A stretch of 64,000 nucleotides of DNA from a virus (lineage: Duplodnaviria > Caudoviricetes). The stretch lies in IMG/VR virus record IMGVR_UViG_3300022074_005559; one strand, written 5' to 3'. The stretch's first letter is position 1, and every line of letters begins with the position of its first letter. The notes beneath the pieces are model-generated. The model made no database searches and had not been told where the DNA came from. It worked only from the letters and a program-made list of their open reading frames with translations. Shown here in pieces: positions 18,335 to 27,868 of the stretch. Position numbers and translations under genes: made by a program.

Positions 18335-18781
18335 ATCTTCAATAGTTTTTATTTTACTAACAATCTCATCAATCTGAAAAGTAGTAAACACGCCTGGATG
18401 CAGTGGCTTGGGCCAGGCATCTAGTTTACTCCAAGCATAACCTTTATGTTCGTGATTAAGTGTAGGTAAAAACTCTTCTTCTACAACACAAACATATGAA
18501 CTGTAAGTAAAGTTATTTTTCTTATTAGTAAACTTTTCTACTGGGATAGTTTTAAGCACAAGAGGCATAAAGCCTATTTCTTCAACTATTTCTCGTTGTA
18601 GTGCAGTGTACTCTGTTTCGCCTTGTTCTGTTTTTCCACCAACAAAAGCCCATGTGCTATCGTGTTTTGCACCATTGCGTAGTACAAACAAGTAACGTTT
18701 AGTTGATTTACTGAAGAATAATGCTCCAACACTAGCGTTAAATGACGATACTCCAGTCGCCTGCTCGATATTCGCCTTCAT
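18305..18781 (-). CDS. Nudix hydrolase
   Basis: Nudix box GGKTEQGETEYTALQREIVEEIG. Confidence 0.9.
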   Translation of the reverse strand: MKANIEQATGVSSFNASVGALFFSKSTKRYLFVLRNGAKHDSTWAFVGGKTEQGETEYTALQREIVEEIGFMPLVLKTIPVEKFTNKKNNFTYSSYVCVVEEEFLPTLNHEHKGYAWSKLDAWPKPLHPGVFTTFQIDEIVSKIKTIEDLMCNSTQAC

Positions 18782-20126
18782 AACTCTTAACCCATTCCGT
18801 GCCGTTGTACTTGTATTGAAGTCCTGTATGACTATTTGTCATATAGTGTACACCCTCTTCTGCACTACTGTCAAATGCAACTTGCCAGTTGACACCATTA
18901 TACTCAATAATATCATTTGCACCTGCTACTAAATCACCCCATGCATCTGGCCCATCACTGTTATCTGCATCTCCTATTGCGTTAAGAATGAGATATCTTT
19001 GCCCAGTTGCTGCTGTTGGTAAATGTGTGCCCGGACTTGACCTTAATGGGTTTATGATTTTGTTTACTGCACCTATATCATTTGTAGGGATAGTATCTTG
19101 TTGTACAGTCCATAAAAGTTTGTGTGCATCGCTAGGATGAAATGCAATAGTTCCAACAATCTCTGCAGCACCACCTGTCTCTAAACGTATCTGACTAATA
19201 CCACTTTGCATCTCACCATATTGATTAATAAGAGCTGCCCAACTTACATCGTCGTCTCCTATTTTCGTCGGTGGATCGTTTAGAGGTGTGTAGTCTACTT
19301 TATTAGTTGTTGTTTCGTTACGATCTAGTATTTGCACTGTATTGCCCAGTACAATAATACCAAAGTTCATAGGAGTAAACTTCATGCGTTCTCCCATTAG
19401 TATTTGTCCGTCAATCACCCCATCGGCAATGCCGCCTTGATCGTCATATATGCTTGCAACAATCTTGTTAATGACACCAAGTTTTTTAACTTTTGCTGGC
19501 GCAGTTAAAAAGATTGGCACAGTAAACTGTAGTGTTGCAATATCTATTTGTTCATCTACTCCTTGCGGAACACTTCTGCTACTGAACTGCACATTCTGTA
19601 GTTCTATGTAACTTAGACTGGTCCAGTCTAAATAGTTGTCTGTGCTTTGTATTTCCAATGCCGGATTGAAAAGCACTAGTATCTGTTCCATTAGTTGTAG
19701 TTTTTGATTTGTATTACTGGTCCAAACATCTACACTCATTTGCAGTGTATACGGAACAGGCATCATGCGTTCAATAGTAAATGCATTACCTTGCTGTGTG
19801 TTATATTCATTTGTGTTTGGATCAAACTTGCGCATACGGATATGCTTTTTATCAACAAACGTTGGATCCTGTCTGCGCTCTGGATTATATTCTAATCCAG
19901 TTATATAACAACTAATCATTGGTGTTGGTATAATCTTGTTTTCACTGTTCTCACGAATAATACTGCTTACCATACGAGTACTATCGCCATACTTTACAGG
20001 TACTGTAAGCAGTGTAGTATTGCCGTCTCTGTCTTTGCCGTATTCTACTTGAAAGTTACTAAATGCTCGTACGAACTGTAATAGAAAACGTCTTATTTGT
20101 TCATCGTAAAAAAACTGTTGCGGCAT
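18738..20126 (-). CDS. gp15: Tail terminator / tail sheath stabiliser (gp15-like)
   Basis: FFYDEQIRRFLLQF..FSNFQV, VPVKYG, PVPYTLQM..DVWT..Q..QLMEQIL..FNP. Confidence 0.8.
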   Translation of the reverse strand: MPQQFFYDEQIRRFLLQFVRAFSNFQVEYGKDRDGNTTLLTVPVKYGDSTRMVSSIIRENSENKIIPTPMISCYITGLEYNPERRQDPTFVDKKHIRMRKFDPNTNEYNTQQGNAFTIERMMPVPYTLQMSVDVWTSNTNQKLQLMEQILVLFNPALEIQSTDNYLDWTSLSYIELQNVQFSSRSVPQGVDEQIDIATLQFTVPIFLTAPAKVKKLGVINKIVASIYDDQGGIADGVIDGQILMGERMKFTPMNFGIIVLGNTVQILDRNETTTNKVDYTPLNDPPTKIGDDDVSWAALINQYGEMQSGISQIRLETGGAAEIVGTIAFHPSDAHKLLWTVQQDTIPTNDIGAVNKIINPLRSSPGTHLPTAATGQRYLILNAIGDADNSDGPDAWGDLVAGANDIIEYNGVNWQVAFDSSAEEGVHYMTNSHTGLQYKYNGTEWVKSYEGEYRAGDWSIVI

Positions 20127-21307
20127 TAGTCTTCCCTAGGTTTCAGTGCGTCACTAAGCGACTGTCTACTATTAGCAGTAGTATTATCATCTGCTGTAAA
20201 CGTGCTAGTGTTGTTGATAAATCCGTCTCTTAGTGTGTTGCCTGTTCCTGGTGTCATTCCTGAACGTACATCATCTTCTACTTTAATCCAACGAGATCCA
20301 CTGTATCTAAATAGTCTGTTTGGTAAAAAGTCTACACGAAGTACAAAATCACCTTCTTGTGAATTGCTAGGAAAACTAGTGCCCATACTAATCGGTTCGC
20401 CATTAGGAGCAAGCCCATCGCCTATGAGATACCCGCTGTAAGCACTACTGTTTTGCGGAGTAATACGTCTAGAATCTGCACTTGAATCAATATTATCAGC
20501 ATTCATATCAGAGTCATCTGCATTAACACCCTTGGGTTCTAATGGTCTACCAGTTACTGGATCTGTAGGAACTATATAGTATTGGCTCGTGTCATATCCA
20601 CTTTCTGGAACTTCTGCTTCTGCTGCTTGTACTACTTTGTTAGAAATATCAAGTTCTTTTTGGTATGTACTCAGCAAGTCTCTCAGCGAAGTTTCAGTTA
20701 CATCACCGTCACTGTTTTCTTGCATTATATTAAGAATATCGTTGTATTCTTGTGCGTCTGTTAGTGGTGTACACTTAACACGCCATAGATGACTCCACCA
20801 ACTTGGTGAAAATCCTTCACTAGGACGACTGCCTTCTTGTACTACATAGTAGCGTTTGAGACTAAGTTCTACACTTTCATCCAATGCGCTAAAGTCTGTA
20901 AGGTGTGGCAATTCAATAACATCGCCTGCCATAAGTTTGCGACCCAAGTTGTTTAGCATGTCATTCTCATGGAATGTAATAAACAATGTATCGTTCGCTA
21001 AGAACAAACCAAACTGGCTAAGATCAAAATCAGTGTCGCTTACACTGTATATGCCACGCAAACTGTAAATATCTTGGTCATAAATTCTGTCTCTATTTTC
21101 TAAAAATAGAAAATCTTGTATTCCGAGTGGATCTGGTTCTTGATAGTTAGGCTGACTTGGGTCATTACCACCTTGGCTTGCTACGCCAAGATACTTATGT
21201 ACATTGATTCCTGTGCCACCTATTGTGAACATTTCTTTCATACGACGGTCAAAGAACCTGTAATCGTTGGTATGTGCGCCGTCTTTCCATAAACTTATTC
21301 TTGGCAA
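20126..21307 (-). CDS. gp14: Neck protein (gp14-like), TTG start
   Basis: LFLENRDR.YD, DFDLSQFGLF, GDVIELP; upstream late promoter and GGAG SD; co-oriented with gp15. Confidence 0.7.
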   Translation of the reverse strand: MPRISLWKDGAHTNDYRFFDRRMKEMFTIGGTGINVHKYLGVASQGGNDPSQPNYQEPDPLGIQDFLFLENRDRIYDQDIYSLRGIYSVSDTDFDLSQFGLFLANDTLFITFHENDMLNNLGRKLMAGDVIELPHLTDFSALDESVELSLKRYYVVQEGSRPSEGFSPSWWSHLWRVKCTPLTDAQEYNDILNIMQENSDGDVTETSLRDLLSTYQKELDISNKVVQAAEAEVPESGYDTSQYYIVPTDPVTGRPLEPKGVNADDSDMNADNIDSSADSRRITPQNSSAYSGYLIGDGLAPNGEPISMGTSFPSNSQEGDFVLRVDFLPNRLFRYSGSRWIKVEDDVRSGMTPGTGNTLRDGFINNTSTFTADDNTTANSRQSLSDALKPRED

Positions 21308-21330
21308 AGTAGTAACTCCATCTGGTAATG

Positions 21331-21379
21331 TATTTATCTAGCAAAAAAAGGTTGACAGTGTAGTAGATTATGTTACTAT
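21331..21379. promoter_or_regulatory. Back-to-back promoters: late GATAAATA (minus strand, 21331-21338) and early TTGACA-N16-TACTAT (plus strand, 21352-21379)
   Basis: Direct motif reading. Confidence 0.75.
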
Positions 21380-21413
21380 GTATAGTAAGTTGAAGTTGAG
21401 GAGAGATAACATT

Positions 21414-21629
21414 ATGGTTAGTAACGCAAAATTTAAAGACTTCGTTGTAGCACTTAGCGCAGAAGATCAGCAAACAGTTGTTGATAGACAGTTGCGTTTG
21501 CTTCCTGCGTTTATAATGCAAGAAGTTGCTACTACTAATAACGCTAAAGTTATTCGTAAGTTAGAGAGCCGTTTGAAGCAGGTTCGCTTAATGTTGTCCT
21601 CTATTGTTGCTAACGGCAAGGTTGTATAA
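21414..21629 (+). CDS. Small hypothetical early protein
   Basis: ATG after SD GAGGAGAG; first gene behind the early promoter. Confidence 0.7.
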   Translation: MVSNAKFKDFVVALSAEDQQTVVDRQLRLLPAFIMQEVATTNNAKVIRKLESRLKQVRLMLSSIVANGKVV

Positions 21630-21632
21630 AGT

Positions 21633-21812
21633 ATGAACGAAATCCTAAACGATATTGAAGACTTGGAAGCAGTTGTAGACGCAGCTAAAAACGGTTGCGG
21701 TACTATTAGAACTGTGCAAATGTTAGATAAACTTATTCAAGATAAAAAACTTGAGGTAAGTAAGTTCGAAGAATATATGTTAAAGGAGGTCAATACCGGT
21801 GGCAGTTCGTAA
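21633..21812 (+). CDS. 59-aa hypothetical protein (below the ORF-track cut-off)
   Basis: MNEILNDIEDLEAVV...GGSS*; fills the gap between neighbouring genes. Confidence 0.6.
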   Translation: MNEILNDIEDLEAVVDAAKNGCGTIRTVQMLDKLIQDKKLEVSKFEEYMLKEVNTGGSS

Positions 21813-23004
21813 GAAAAAAAGAGCACCAGCAAGACGTAAGACTGGGGTAGGTGTAAGTTTAGATTGGGCCGATAGTCTAAATCTTGCAGGAAACGTATAT
21901 CATAGTAAACAACGTGCAGCACAGGATGCATTGTACTTTGAAGCAAAAGCATCTGAACTTGTTCCATTTTTATTCACTTGGATGAAGAAGAATGATTACA
22001 CTGCTGATGATATAAAATGTGCAAAAGCTGCACCTAGTACAAACGTTGTACCTTGTATAGTAGCAAAACTATTGTTGGATGGCATGCCTGACTTTCATCC
22101 ACAGCATGCAGAATATTGGGAAAGTCTAGCAGGCACTTCAGGTACACTAAAACCTAAAACGGAATATCTAAAAAAATACATTGCAGATGCTATTGCCCGA
22201 GGTAAGCCGTTTATTGATGCTAAAAAGGAAGAAGAAAAAGCCGCTCAGGTTGAAAAGCGTGTGGTGAGTATTCAGGATCGTATCCGAATGGCAAGTGATG
22301 TTATCATTTGTGATCTTGAAGAAGTTGTTGATACGTTTCATGCAGATATTTCCAAGTCCAAAAAGTTTGATGCTGTAAAGTTCTTTCGAGGCAAGCAAGT
22401 TAATCAAGCACACTGTAAACATATTCGTAACTATTATGCACCTCAACTTGCAGAGTACAATGAACTTACATTGCCTGTGCGTGAGCAAGACGAAGACCTG
22501 CGTGAAGGTTATGCACACCTCAGTAAAACAGATGTAAAGAAGGCTGTTGAACTGTTTAATAGTATTGTTGGTGCTTGTGATCTGATCGAAGCAGAAAGCA
22601 AAGCAACTCGCAAGACAAGAACACCTAAGCCTAAGAGTGCTGACAAGTTGGTTGCAAAAATGAAGTATTGTAAAACCGACGAAAAGTATAAAGTAGCCAG
22701 CATTAATCCTATAGATATCGTCGATGCTACAGAAGTTTGGGTGTTTAACATTAAGACACGCAAGATTGGCAAGTATGTTGCAGAAGATCACGCTACTCTT
22801 AGTGTCAAAGGCACTACACTACAGTTCTTCAATCCAAGACAAAGTGTTGCAAAGACACTGCGCAAGCCTGAGGAACAACTTAGAGAGTTTAACAAAGCAG
22901 GCAAGGTAGCATTACGCAAATACATGGACAACATTAATGCTGTAGAAACACAGATGAATGGACGCATCAATGCCGACACTGTGATTCTTAAAGCGATAAA
23001 GTAA
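21799..23004 (+). CDS. Conserved T4-like hypothetical protein (401 aa)
   Basis: GTG start after AAGGAGG; basic termini; KLVAKMKY...VWVFNIKTRKIGKYVA...KTLRKP. Confidence 0.75.
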   Translation: MAVRKKKRAPARRKTGVGVSLDWADSLNLAGNVYHSKQRAAQDALYFEAKASELVPFLFTWMKKNDYTADDIKCAKAAPSTNVVPCIVAKLLLDGMPDFHPQHAEYWESLAGTSGTLKPKTEYLKKYIADAIARGKPFIDAKKEEEKAAQVEKRVVSIQDRIRMASDVIICDLEEVVDTFHADISKSKKFDAVKFFRGKQVNQAHCKHIRNYYAPQLAEYNELTLPVREQDEDLREGYAHLSKTDVKKAVELFNSIVGACDLIEAESKATRKTRTPKPKSADKLVAKMKYCKTDEKYKVASINPIDIVDATEVWVFNIKTRKIGKYVAEDHATLSVKGTTLQFFNPRQSVAKTLRKPEEQLREFNKAGKVALRKYMDNINAVETQMNGRINADTVILKAIK

Positions 23005-23032
23005 TAAATAGTGTATACGCAAAGGATACACT

Positions 23033-23788
23033 ATGGCAACACTAGCATCATTAAGAGCAGATACAGTAGACTATATTCGCTTTCGTCTCGGCGATGGAAT
23101 GGTGGATGTTGAGCTTGATCCAGAACACTATGATAATGTTATTGATAAGTCAGTAAAACGTTTTCGTCAGCGCAGTCAAAATGCATATGAAAGTTCGTAT
23201 GTATTTTTAAGTGTAGTGAAAGAACAACAAGAGTACACACTTCCTGACGAGATTGAAGAAGTGCGTCAAGTGTTCAGGCGAGGTGTTGGTAGTGGTAGTA
23301 ACACAGGCAGTACACAGTTTGAGCCATATGAAGCGGCGTTCCAAAACACTTATTTGTTGCAAAGTGGACGTATTGGCGGTATGGCAACATATGAAATGTA
23401 CTATCAGTATCAAGAACTAAGCGCAAGATTGTTTGGCGGCTTTGTAAACTTTGAGTTTAATCCCGTAACTAAAAAGGTAACCTTACTGCGCAAGTTCAGT
23501 GCAAGTGGCGAACAAGTTGTACTATGGACATACAATCTACGCCCTGAATCTAGACTACTTCAAGACAGACACGCTGGTCCATGGATACAAGATTATGCAC
23601 TAGCTCTAGCAAAGTACACACTAGGCGAAGCACGTTCAAAGTTTAGTACTATCGCCGGACCACAAGGCGGTACAAGTCTCAACGGTGATGCACTTAAAGC
23701 AGAAGCACAAGTTGAAATAGACAAACTCGATGAAGAACTACGCAACTATGTTGACGGTAGTGATCCACTCTCATTTATTATAGGTTGA
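23033..23788 (+). CDS. gp13: Neck protein (gp13-like)
   Basis: YIRFRLGDGMVDVELD, WIQDYALALAK..LG..RSKF..I.GPQGG..LNG; late promoter 23003-23010. Confidence 0.85.
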   Translation: MATLASLRADTVDYIRFRLGDGMVDVELDPEHYDNVIDKSVKRFRQRSQNAYESSYVFLSVVKEQQEYTLPDEIEEVRQVFRRGVGSGSNTGSTQFEPYEAAFQNTYLLQSGRIGGMATYEMYYQYQELSARLFGGFVNFEFNPVTKKVTLLRKFSASGEQVVLWTYNLRPESRLLQDRHAGPWIQDYALALAKYTLGEARSKFSTIAGPQGGTSLNGDALKAEAQVEIDKLDEELRNYVDGSDPLSFIIG

Positions 23789-23813
23789 CAACTAACTCCT
23801 AAAGTGCTATACT
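23785..23813 (+). promoter_or_regulatory. sigma70-like promoter TTGACA-N17-TATACT with TG extension
   Basis: The -35 box overlaps the gp13 TGA stop. Confidence 0.75.
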
Positions 23814-23840
23814 GTAAGCACAGTTAAAGGAGTTCTTATC

Positions 23841-24122
23841 TTGAGTAAAAACATCGATTACAAATACAATGAAGGTGAACTTATTGCAGAGTTCAAAGAC
23901 TATATTGATGCAACCTATGGCGAACACTACAGTCTAAACAAATATCAAGCAACAGAGTTTATCATTGATGCAGGTCATGGAGATGGCTTTTGTATTGGTA
24001 ATGTAATGAAGTATGCTCAACGTTACGGCAAGAAAGATGGACACAATCGCAAAGACTTAATGAAAGTTTTGCATTACGCATTGATTGAACTGTATGTACA
24101 TGACCTTAATCGTCGGGGGTAA
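23841..24122 (+). CDS. DUF3310-like (T7 gp1.7-related) small protein
   Basis: HY...QATEFI...GFCIGNVMKYAQRYGKKDG...DLMKVLHY. Confidence 0.65.
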   Translation: MSKNIDYKYNEGELIAEFKDYIDATYGEHYSLNKYQATEFIIDAGHGDGFCIGNVMKYAQRYGKKDGHNRKDLMKVLHYALIELYVHDLNRRG

Positions 24123-24435
24123 GATCTCCTCTGCTCCATCCTGTCTTAACTAGTTCAGCATTACAGTTTAGACATACCGTTTTTAAGTTTCTACTATAAA
24201 CATTATTTAGGTCACCGTCAATATAGAACACAGTGACCTGGCTTCTTATTGTAGGTTTAAATCCACACGCCTCACACTTTCTCTTTACTTTATAGCCGCT
24301 GTCTACCCATAATGGTTTTACAGGCTTGTGTAGTTTTAGACACTGCTCGCACTTGCGTCTATAATAAACCTTATCGCCTTTTCGGTAGTTTACTGCTTTT
24401 GGACGTTGTCCACATTTCTCGCAAACCGGTCTCAT
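24106..24435 (-). CDS. Zinc-binding, degenerate HNH-like protein
   Basis: Four CxxC pairs; FYIDG..NN...NLKTVCLNCN; ATG 5 nt after GTTAAATA (24441-24448). Confidence 0.7.
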   Translation of the reverse strand: MRPVCEKCGQRPKAVNYRKGDKVYYRRKCEQCLKLHKPVKPLWVDSGYKVKRKCEACGFKPTIRSQVTVFYIDGDLNNVYSRNLKTVCLNCNAELVKTGWSRGDLTPDD

Positions 24436-24546
24436 ACATGTATTTAACACGGACCTTTAAAGGGATTCGTCAAAATAGGTGTTTTTTGCCCTGGATCATA
24501 TAAATATATGTATAAAAAAATCTTGTGAGAGATAAGGAACAAAAAC

Positions 24547-27500
24547 ATGGCACTAATATCACCAGGAGTAGAAGTTACCGTTGTTGACGAAAGTAACTAC
24601 ACACCTTCAGCAGCCGGCACAGTAGCAGCGATTGTTATTGCAACGGCACAAGATAAAACAAGTGGTACTGGCACAGGCACAGCAGTTGGAACAACCGCTG
24701 CAAATGCTGGCGAGACATACTTGATCGGAAGCCAAAGAGAGCTAACTGCTACTTTTGGTAATCCAACTTTTTACAATACATCAGCTGGCACACCTATTAA
24801 CGGTTATGAACTTAACGAATATGGTTTGATGGCAGCTTATAGTTTGCTAGGAGTAAGCAACCGCGCATACGTCCTTAGAGCAGACATTGACCTTAGTGAA
24901 CTTGTAAGCAGTACAAGTCGTCCACTAGGTCAACCTACTAACAATACAGTATGGTGGGACATCAGCGCAGATACACGTTGGGGTATATTTGAATGGAATA
25001 AATCAACAGGCGCATTTACAAATAAAGTTCCAACAGTTATTACAAGTACAACAGATTTAACAGGCGGCGTTCCAAAGACCTCAATCGGTGCTATTGGTGA
25101 TTATGCATTGGTTGCAACCAACGCTAACAATCCTGTTTATTATAAGAACAGAGACAATGCATGGGTACTAGTAGGCAGTAGCAGTTGGCAAACAAGCCAT
25201 GCAACTATTGCAGGCACAGTAGCAAGCCCATTGTTTACAAACGGTAACAGCATTACCATTAACGGTACAACAGTTACACTCACAGGAACAACTGTAGCAC
25301 AACTTGCAACAAGTATTAATAATGCTAGTATTACAGGTGTAACAGCAGCGGCTAAGAGTAATAAGATTGAAATCTATGCTACAAGTTCAGCAGTAGGCGT
25401 AGACAGTGTTGCAGATGGTAAGATTGTACTAGCAAATGCTTCAGGCACAATCCTATCAGATGCCGGACTTACAGCAGGTACATATGCTGCTCCAGTTATC
25501 CAGCAGAGCGCACACTATACAGTGCCAACTTGGAAAACAACAGATACTGTTCCACGTCCAACAGGAAGTGTGTGGGTCAAAACAACTGCAAGTAACTTAG
25601 GTTTCTTAGCAGACGTAAGTTCATACTCAACTGCAAACACTGCTTTTGCTAGCAAGAGTGCACCAGCGTATGAAAATGATCAAACTGCACTTAAGAACTT
25701 GGACACAACTGGCGGTAAAAACATTGCTGCAGGTAGTTACTATATCCAGTACGATGCAACTGAAAACGATACTGTAACCTACAAACTATTCCAACGTTAC
25801 AGCAGTGGCGAACTAGAAGTTACTGGCACAGTTGACAGTGCTAATCCACTTACAGCAAGTGAAGAGTTTACTATCCAAGCAAGTGTTGCAAACAGTACAT
25901 CACTTTCGACAGCAGTAACAGTAATACTAAGCGGCACAAGCCTAGCAGATATGGCAAGTGATATTAACGGTGCTAATGTTGCTAACGTAAGTGCAAGTGT
26001 TAACAGTGCAGGCAACTTGGTTATTAAACACTCACTAGGTGGGTTGATTGTAGCAAAAGATACAAGTGGTACTCCACTAGCAGATGCAGGCATTAGCACA
26101 GGCATTACAACTGGACAGGTTCGTGCAGGCAACAACAGTGATTTGATTCTAAGTAACTGGATTGCTCCAACTTATACAGCAGCTACAAGTGCTCCTAGTG
26201 CAAATCCAGTAGATGGTACACATTGGTATCACGGTGGATTTGAAGCAGACATCCTAGTACACGATGGTACAACTTGGAGAGGCTATCAAAACATCACAGA
26301 TGCAAGAGGATATGCACTAGCAAACACAAGTCCAAATGGTGTACTCTATAGCACAGCAGAACCAACACAGCAAAGTGATGAAACTGCACTAGTTGAAGGT
26401 GACCTTTGGATTGATACAAGTGACCTTGAGAACTATCCAGCACTTTACAGATATCAAACTGTAAGCGGAGAAACACAATGGGTTGCTATTGATAAGACAG
26501 ACAGCACAACTGAAAACGGTATTATCTTTGGAGATGCTCGTTTTATTGGCGATAACAGTACAGACGTAATCACAGGAACTATTGCAACAACTAAGACACT
26601 ACTTAGTAGCGATTACTTAGATGTTGATCGTCCAGATCCAACTGTTTATCCGCGTGGTATGTTGCTATTCAACACACGTCGCAGTACTTACGGTGTGAAG
26701 AAGTTTAGAAGCAACTACTTCTCACGCACAAACTTTAGTGATACAACTGTATATCCAACACTTCCAACAGAGAAGGATGCATGGGTTTCAGAAAGTGGCA
26801 GTCAGTTTGGACGTAAAGCGGTGCGCGAAGTTGTTGTAAATGCAATGAAGAGTTCATTGGATGCAAGCACAGAGTTGCGTGAAGATGCAAGAACATTTAA
26901 TGTTATTGCAGCTCCAGGGTATCCAGAGCTAATCAGCAACATGGTAGGTTTGAACAACGATAGACGTCAAACAGCATTTGTAGTAGGTGACAGTCCAATG
27001 AGACTAGCAGCTACACCAACTGCTATTGAAAACTGGGCTACTAACACAGCAGCGGCTGCAGATAACAACGAAGATGGGCTAGTTACTAGTGATCCGCATT
27101 TGGCTGTTTTCTATCCAAGCGCAAGCACAAATGACCTAAGTGGCAACAGTATTGTTGTTCCTGCAAGTCATGCAATGCTAAGAACTATTGCAAGAAGCGA
27201 TGATATTAGTTTCCCATGGTTTGCACCAGCTGGCGTAAGACGTGGACTAGTAGATAACATTGCAAGCCTAGGCTATATTAATGGTATAACAGGACAGTTT
27301 GTTGTAGACAACATCCGTGAAGCAGTAAGAGATACACTGTACTCAAACAGAGTTAATCCTATTGCATTCTTCAACGGTAGTGGGATTCTTAACTACGGTA
27401 ACAAGACTCGTGCTCCAAGCACAAGTGCATTGGACCGTATTAACGTATCACGTTTAACAGGATACCTAAGACGTCAACTACAAACTATTGCAACTGGCTT

Positions 27501-27774
27501 TGTATTTGAACCAAACGATAAACTAACAAGAGATGAAATCAAACAACAGGTTGAACAAACTCTTAACGATTTGGTTGCAAAGCGCGGTATTTACGATTAC
27601 TTGGTAGTGTGTGATGAAACAAACAACACTAGTGAAAGAATCGACCGCAACGAGTTGTATGTAGACGTTGCTATTGAACCTACAAAGGCTGCGGAGTTTA
27701 TCTTTATTCCGATCAGACTTAAGAACACAGGTGAGATTGCAAGCGGTAACGTAGCGGCTGCAAGCACAGTATAA
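24547..27774 (+). CDS. gp18: Tail sheath protein, enlarged (1075 aa)
   Basis: MALISPGVEVTVVDES, WFAPAGVRRG, RDTLYSNRVNPI, LDRINVSRL, FEPND, YDYLVVCDETNNT, EFIFIPI; late promoter TATAAATA 24499-24506. Confidence 0.95.
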   Translation: MALISPGVEVTVVDESNYTPSAAGTVAAIVIATAQDKTSGTGTGTAVGTTAANAGETYLIGSQRELTATFGNPTFYNTSAGTPINGYELNEYGLMAAYSLLGVSNRAYVLRADIDLSELVSSTSRPLGQPTNNTVWWDISADTRWGIFEWNKSTGAFTNKVPTVITSTTDLTGGVPKTSIGAIGDYALVATNANNPVYYKNRDNAWVLVGSSSWQTSHATIAGTVASPLFTNGNSITINGTTVTLTGTTVAQLATSINNASITGVTAAAKSNKIEIYATSSAVGVDSVADGKIVLANASGTILSDAGLTAGTYAAPVIQQSAHYTVPTWKTTDTVPRPTGSVWVKTTASNLGFLADVSSYSTANTAFASKSAPAYENDQTALKNLDTTGGKNIAAGSYYIQYDATENDTVTYKLFQRYSSGELEVTGTVDSANPLTASEEFTIQASVANSTSLSTAVTVILSGTSLADMASDINGANVANVSASVNSAGNLVIKHSLGGLIVAKDTSGTPLADAGISTGITTGQVRAGNNSDLILSNWIAPTYTAATSAPSANPVDGTHWYHGGFEADILVHDGTTWRGYQNITDARGYALANTSPNGVLYSTAEPTQQSDETALVEGDLWIDTSDLENYPALYRYQTVSGETQWVAIDKTDSTTENGIIFGDARFIGDNSTDVITGTIATTKTLLSSDYLDVDRPDPTVYPRGMLLFNTRRSTYGVKKFRSNYFSRTNFSDTTVYPTLPTEKDAWVSESGSQFGRKAVREVVVNAMKSSLDASTELREDARTFNVIAAPGYPELISNMVGLNNDRRQTAFVVGDSPMRLAATPTAIENWATNTAAAADNNEDGLVTSDPHLAVFYPSASTNDLSGNSIVVPASHAMLRTIARSDDISFPWFAPAGVRRGLVDNIASLGYINGITGQFVVDNIREAVRDTLYSNRVNPIAFFNGSGILNYGNKTRAPSTSALDRINVSRLTGYLRRQLQTIATGFVFEPNDKLTRDEIKQQVEQTLNDLVAKRGIYDYLVVCDETNNTSERIDRNELYVDVAIEPTKAAEFIFIPIRLKNTGEIASGNVAAASTV

Positions 27775-27790
27775 TAAAAATAAGAAAAAT

Positions 27791-27819
27791 ATGGGGGGTT
27801 GAGATACCCCCCATTTTTT
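27791..27819 (+). terminator. Intrinsic terminator after the sheath gene
   Basis: ATGGGGGGT-tgagat-ACCCCCCAT followed by Ts. Confidence 0.85.
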
Positions 27820-27868
27820 ATGACTGGAAACAGATAAATACTTTTATATTAAATAGGAGCGAAACGAA

